Of a stretch of DNA of 29,341 nt, positions 26,120-29,341 are shown in pieces. The position numbers and the translations under genes are program-made. Source of the DNA: a bacterium. Its GTDB lineage: Bacteria; Arandabacterota; Arandabacteria; Arandabacterales; JALGWA01. Positions within the stretch are counted from its first letter, which is position 1, and each line of letters starts with the position of its first letter. The DNA is taken from positions 1 through 29,341 of the forward strand of contig JASFEA010000020.1 in the NCBI GenBank assembly GCA_050125095.1, read 5' to 3'. Below the pieces are notes generated by a model that was not told the origin of the DNA, searched no databases, and saw nothing but the letters and a program-made list of their open reading frames with translations.

Positions 26120-26249
26120 ATGGATCGGATCCCATCCGGCCGCAAATCGGCGGCATTTCCAGCCGCTGATTAAGAGTGGATTGGAAGCGGAGGGGGTGCG
26201 GCGCTGCTGTTTGAGAGAAGGGAAGCAACGCCGCACAAGACCGATCCAT
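26120..26249. other. Highly foldable intergenic element (candidate ncRNA or REP/MITE-like element)
   Basis: Closing stem ATGGATCGG/CCGATCCAT encloses four further stems identified by manual pairing. Confidence 0.45.
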
Positions 26250-26271
26250 TCAGAGTTGTGCTCGCCCCGGT

Positions 26272-27387
26272 CTATTCCTTGAGCTTCTCGATTTCCTTAC
26301 GAAGCTCATCCATATCCTTCTTGAGGTCCTTGATCATTTCCTGCATTTCTTCAAGATCCTCAAAATCCTCGAGGTGGAGGTCCTTAAGCCCTTCGAGTTC
26401 CTCGAGCTTCTCAAGATCATCCAGATCCTCTATGATCATCCTGTGGGTTCCGGGCCTTTGCATATGCGGCATATACATATACTCCGAGCCCGGAATATCA
26501 TAGACCTCCACCTCACCGTCCTCGTCTTCTATCATGATCCGGCCCCGGCCCGCCTTCCTGGCGTGGGGCATATGGAAGCTCTCCATGAACTGGCCCACGG
26601 GCGATTCCATCTCGCCTATTTCGACTTCGAAGGTCTTGGTTCTGCCCTTCCTCTTCACCACCAGCGACACTTCCTCGCCGGGCTCGGTGCGGGCAACGTA
26701 CTTGCGGAACTTGCCGGTGCCCGTGACCTCCTTGCCGTCATACTCGAGAACGACGTCGCCGGCCATGAGGCCCGCGTCCTCGGCCGGGCTGTCATCGGCG
26801 ACTTCCGTAATCAAAACACCCTCGCCCTCCTTGACCTTGAAGTACTGCCCCAGATCTTCGTTCAGGTCGAGAATGTGGACCCCGAGATAACCGCGATCGT
26901 CCTTCCATTCCCGGACCCACTTGTGAACATCGTCGCCGATATGGCTCATGTCCGGGATCGTGATTCTCTTGACTCCGTAATCCATATCGCTTTTGCCGAG
27001 CTGTACTTCAAATGTCCGGCGGCGTCCGTCGCGGATGACATCGACACGTATCTCATCGCCCGGCGAGTGGTCCTTTATTGTCGCAACCAGGTCGGTAACG
27101 GACTCCATCTCCTCCCCGTCGATTGCGGTCACCACATCCCCGTCTTCCAGCCCCGCCTCATCGGCCGGGCTGTCATCGAGAACTTCGGCTATCAGCACGC
27201 CCTCGACGTCATCATCCATGTCCATTGCCTCTTTGAGGTCTTCGCTCAGCGCCTGGAGCTGGACTCCCAGCCAGGCGCTTTGCTCATCAGTCCTGCTCTT
27301 GGCCAGCGGCATGCTAGAAACCGCAAAAACAAGCAAAAGTAGGCCAAGGCAGACGCCGACTGCCTTTGGGTTAATCAGTGCCTTCAT
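26272..27387 (-). CDS. Periplasmic protein with two HtrA-type PDZ domains and a C-terminal coiled coil; no protease domain
   Basis: Signal peptide; AWLGV...DDSPADEAGLEDGDVV and GYLGV...DDSPAEDAGLMAGDVV; acidic Leu-rich tail; RBS AAGGAG/GGAG. Confidence 0.88.
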   Translation of the reverse strand: MKALINPKAVGVCLGLLLLVFAVSSMPLAKSRTDEQSAWLGVQLQALSEDLKEAMDMDDDVEGVLIAEVLDDSPADEAGLEDGDVVTAIDGEEMESVTDLVATIKDHSPGDEIRVDVIRDGRRRTFEVQLGKSDMDYGVKRITIPDMSHIGDDVHKWVREWKDDRGYLGVHILDLNEDLGQYFKVKEGEGVLITEVADDSPAEDAGLMAGDVVLEYDGKEVTGTGKFRKYVARTEPGEEVSLVVKRKGRTKTFEVEIGEMESPVGQFMESFHMPHARKAGRGRIMIEDEDGEVEVYDIPGSEYMYMPHMQRPGTHRMIIEDLDDLEKLEELEGLKDLHLEDFEDLEEMQEMIKDLKKDMDELRKEIEKLKE

Positions 27388-27444
27388 TATCTCCGACTCC
27401 TTTCACAGGGGTCCACTGGGTCTGAATCGTCCCACACCCCGGTA

Positions 27445-27470
27445 TAACCCGGCACCCCAGTCGGGGTTCC
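27445..27470 (-). promoter_or_regulatory. ECF sigma-type promoter upstream of the PDZ gene
   Basis: Minus strand GGAAC-N17-GTTA. Confidence 0.45.
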
Positions 27471-27471
27471 C

Positions 27472-27855
27472 CTATTTTCCGGGCTTTGCATGCTTTTTCT
27501 TTCTGATGCGGAACCTAGCGTCGAGAGCCTCCATTTTCCTGACTATTCCGCCGTATTCGAGCTCCGAATACGGCAGCATGGCGCAGCCGGAGAAGCCCTG
27601 CTTGTCTGCCTCCCGCGACGCCGAGACGAACGTGTCCCAGATGAATTTGTGAACTCGGCGGGCGTCTTTTCCCTTCCTGTGAACGAGCAGCATCGCGATG
27701 TCGTCGCCGGTATGGGACACGTGGAAATCGCTTATCAGCCCCGCGCTTTTGCGCTTTATCGAGCGCGTTACGGCTTCGATGATCTTCCGGCTCGGCTTTA
27801 TATGCCCGCCTATGCTCCCGATATCCGCCTTTGCCAGCGTAAGAGTGGTTTTCAT
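27472..27855 (-). pseudogene. fbp: Fructose-1,6-bisphosphate aldolase/phosphatase (class V FBPase) with large in-frame internal deletion, 127 aa
   Basis: N-terminus KADIGSIGGH...HTGDDIA...VHKFIWDTF is joined directly to the family C-terminus GFSGCAMLPYSELEYGGIV...LDARF; full-length members are roughly 360-385 aa. Confidence 0.8.
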
Positions 27856-27952
27856 ACTCACACCTCCGATCGTCTCATTGCTCACACCAGCACCATTGTT
27901 GGGCATCGCGGTACGCAGTTCAAGACGATTCGGGGGATATCAACGTAGGGCA

Positions 27953-27981
27953 TTGCAAACTCGCGCGAATGGCTGTAGAAT
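27953..27981 (+). promoter_or_regulatory. Sigma70 promoter for the TlpA operon
   Basis: TTGCAA-N17-TAGAAT, 29 nt upstream of ATG 28011. Confidence 0.55.
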
Positions 27982-28010
27982 CAGCCGGGAAATTTCAAAC
28001 GGGAGGAGAT

Positions 28011-28580
28011 ATGCCGAAAACAAGACACAGGTCCATCGCTATCATCGCGCTTGCCTCCGTCATGGCGCTTGTCTCCGCCATGGCACTCTCCTGCTCGCAG
28101 TCCGGGATGTCATCCGCGGACCGCCTCAGACCGGGCGATGCTGCGCCCCTCACAAGCCTTCCGGAACTGGACGGAAACAAGGAGGTCGTCCTCCCGAAGG
28201 AGGTCCATGACGCGTATGCATCGGTCTTGATATTCTGGAGCATGACCTGCCCGAGCTGTAAAGAGGCCCTCCTGGACTGCCAGAAGGTGTACGAGGATTA
28301 CAGCAATACCGCAACCGTCTTCTACGGAATCAACTTCGACATCGAAGACACCCAGGGCGTACGCGCTTTCATCAAAGGCGAGAGAGTCACCATCCCCCAT
28401 CTATGGGACAGAGGGCAGAGAATGACCCGCGATTTCAAGGCGCTCGATTACACTTTCAGCGTCTTCGTGATCGACCGCGAAGGCAAGATCGTGCTGGCGC
28501 AGTACGACCACCCGCCTGACCTTGCGGACATACTGCGCGAGTCGATCGAGTCGCAGTTTCCGAGCAGGGACGGGCGATGA
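28011..28580 (+). CDS. TlpA/ResA-like thiol-disulfide oxidoreductase lipoprotein
   Basis: Lipobox ALSC, GDAAP, FWSMTCPSC redox motif, FVIDREGKI; ATG 28011 behind GGGAGGAG. Confidence 0.87.
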   Translation: MPKTRHRSIAIIALASVMALVSAMALSCSQSGMSSADRLRPGDAAPLTSLPELDGNKEVVLPKEVHDAYASVLIFWSMTCPSCKEALLDCQKVYEDYSNTATVFYGINFDIEDTQGVRAFIKGERVTIPHLWDRGQRMTRDFKALDYTFSVFVIDREGKIVLAQYDHPPDLADILRESIESQFPSRDGR

Positions 28581-29341
28581 TGAATTTAATACCAGATTCG
28601 ACGGTCCGCATAATATCGCTTTTCGCCCTGGCTGCCGCGCTCGCCGCCGGCCTTCTCGCCGGGACTGCTTCGGCCTCACCCCTGGACGAGATAGATTTTT
28701 CGAGCGACATCAGGCTGAGATGGAGATGGGTCGACTCCGGAACACCGGGGCCGCTTAGAAGCACATACGGGGAGTTCATACAACGCGGTATCTCGCTCAA
28801 GCACCGTTTCGTCTTCGACCTCGCTTACCCGGTGACCCCCGAGATCCGGGTCGGAGGCCGCGTAAGGGTGAGTAACGAGCCCGAACGCGTGCTCGTGACC
28901 GGTCCCGATTACTATTCCTCGGAGTACGGAAGCGCATTCATCGCCTACGAGACGCCGTCCCTCAGGTCGCGATTCGGCTTCTATGAAACCAACTACACTC
29001 CGCTCACCCTAATGAGATGGGACCTCAAGGACGACGCCGAGGGGGGCGGCTGTGCCGTATGCTCATCGACACCCGGGACCGCGGGCGCCATACTCGGCGA
29101 GAGCCTCGAGATCCTGGGGCCCGTGCTCACGTTCGAAGGGGTCAGGTTCCAGGCGTCCCATGGATCGGCCCTGGGGCTGGACGCCTTCTACGCAAGGCCG
29201 AAAGCGGCGGGCGGAGACGAATACGAACTCACGAGGCAGGTGAACACATACGGCGCCCGCCTGGACCTCTCACATTACCTCTCACATGCCTCGGGCCTCC
29301 TGAAGGGCAGTCTTATCGTGGTGAGGTCTGAGGAGGATGAG
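28577..29341 (+). CDS. Secreted, probable outer-membrane beta-barrel protein with internal CxxC; partial at window edge
   Basis: Manual translation gives 255 open codons from ATG 28577 (ATGA overlap with the TlpA stop): signal peptide, alternating strands (DIRLRWRW, IRVGGRVRV, LGLDAFYAR, YGARLDL) and GGGCAVC. Not in the ORF track because it has no stop. Confidence 0.75.
   Translation, partial: MMNLIPDSTVRIISLFALAAALAAGLLAGTASASPLDEIDFSSDIRLRWRWVDSGTPGPLRSTYGEFIQRGISLKHRFVFDLAYPVTPEIRVGGRVRVSNEPERVLVTGPDYYSSEYGSAFIAYETPSLRSRFGFYETNYTPLTLMRWDLKDDAEGGGCAVCSSTPGTAGAILGESLEILGPVLTFEGVRFQASHGSALGLDAFYARPKAAGGDEYELTRQVNTYGARLDLSHYLSHASGLLKGSLIVVRSEEDE

Noticed and set aside
26090-26236. SRP RNA or 6S RNA
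   Set aside because: GGAAGCA and TCAGGTC are present but not arranged as SRP helix 8, and there is no long 6S-like rod with a central bubble.

Overview
A GC-rich bacterial chromosomal window with about 26 protein genes and no rRNA, tRNA, CRISPR array or intact transposase. A C-terminal FlgD-Ig/T9SS-like sorting domain and a kinase-TPR gene suggest an FCB-affiliated candidate lineage (inference only). Contents in order: GT4 glycosyltransferase, secreted alpha/beta hydrolase, GT39-like membrane glycosyltransferase with TPRs, DUF4019 lipoprotein, a sigma54-preceded aspartyl protease-PDZ gene with a paralogous partner, a GNAT, an oxidative-stress cluster (PerR-like regulator, catalase, convergent peroxiredoxin), CPBP protease, methyltransferase, Fe-S aldo/keto reductase, HExxH protein, sorting-domain protein, Ser/Thr kinase-TPR, GlmU-like protein, FmdB zinc ribbon, tetraheme cytochrome c, double-PDZ protein, an internally deleted FBP aldolase/phosphatase, and a TlpA gene coupled to a CxxC-bearing beta-barrel-like gene cut by the window edge. 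Main hidden signal: the peroxiredoxin is split by an in-frame UGA at its catalytic position (selenocysteine, PrxU), and the small FmdB gene ends TGA-GGC-TAG followed by a hairpin whose GGTC loop sits at the same offset (+18 to +21) as in the PrxU SECIS, predicting a cryptic selenoprotein with penultimate Sec. Also notable: a roughly 190-nt repeat-plus-multistem intergenic element, the mini FBP aldolase/phosphatase, and a duplicated promoter upstream of prxU.
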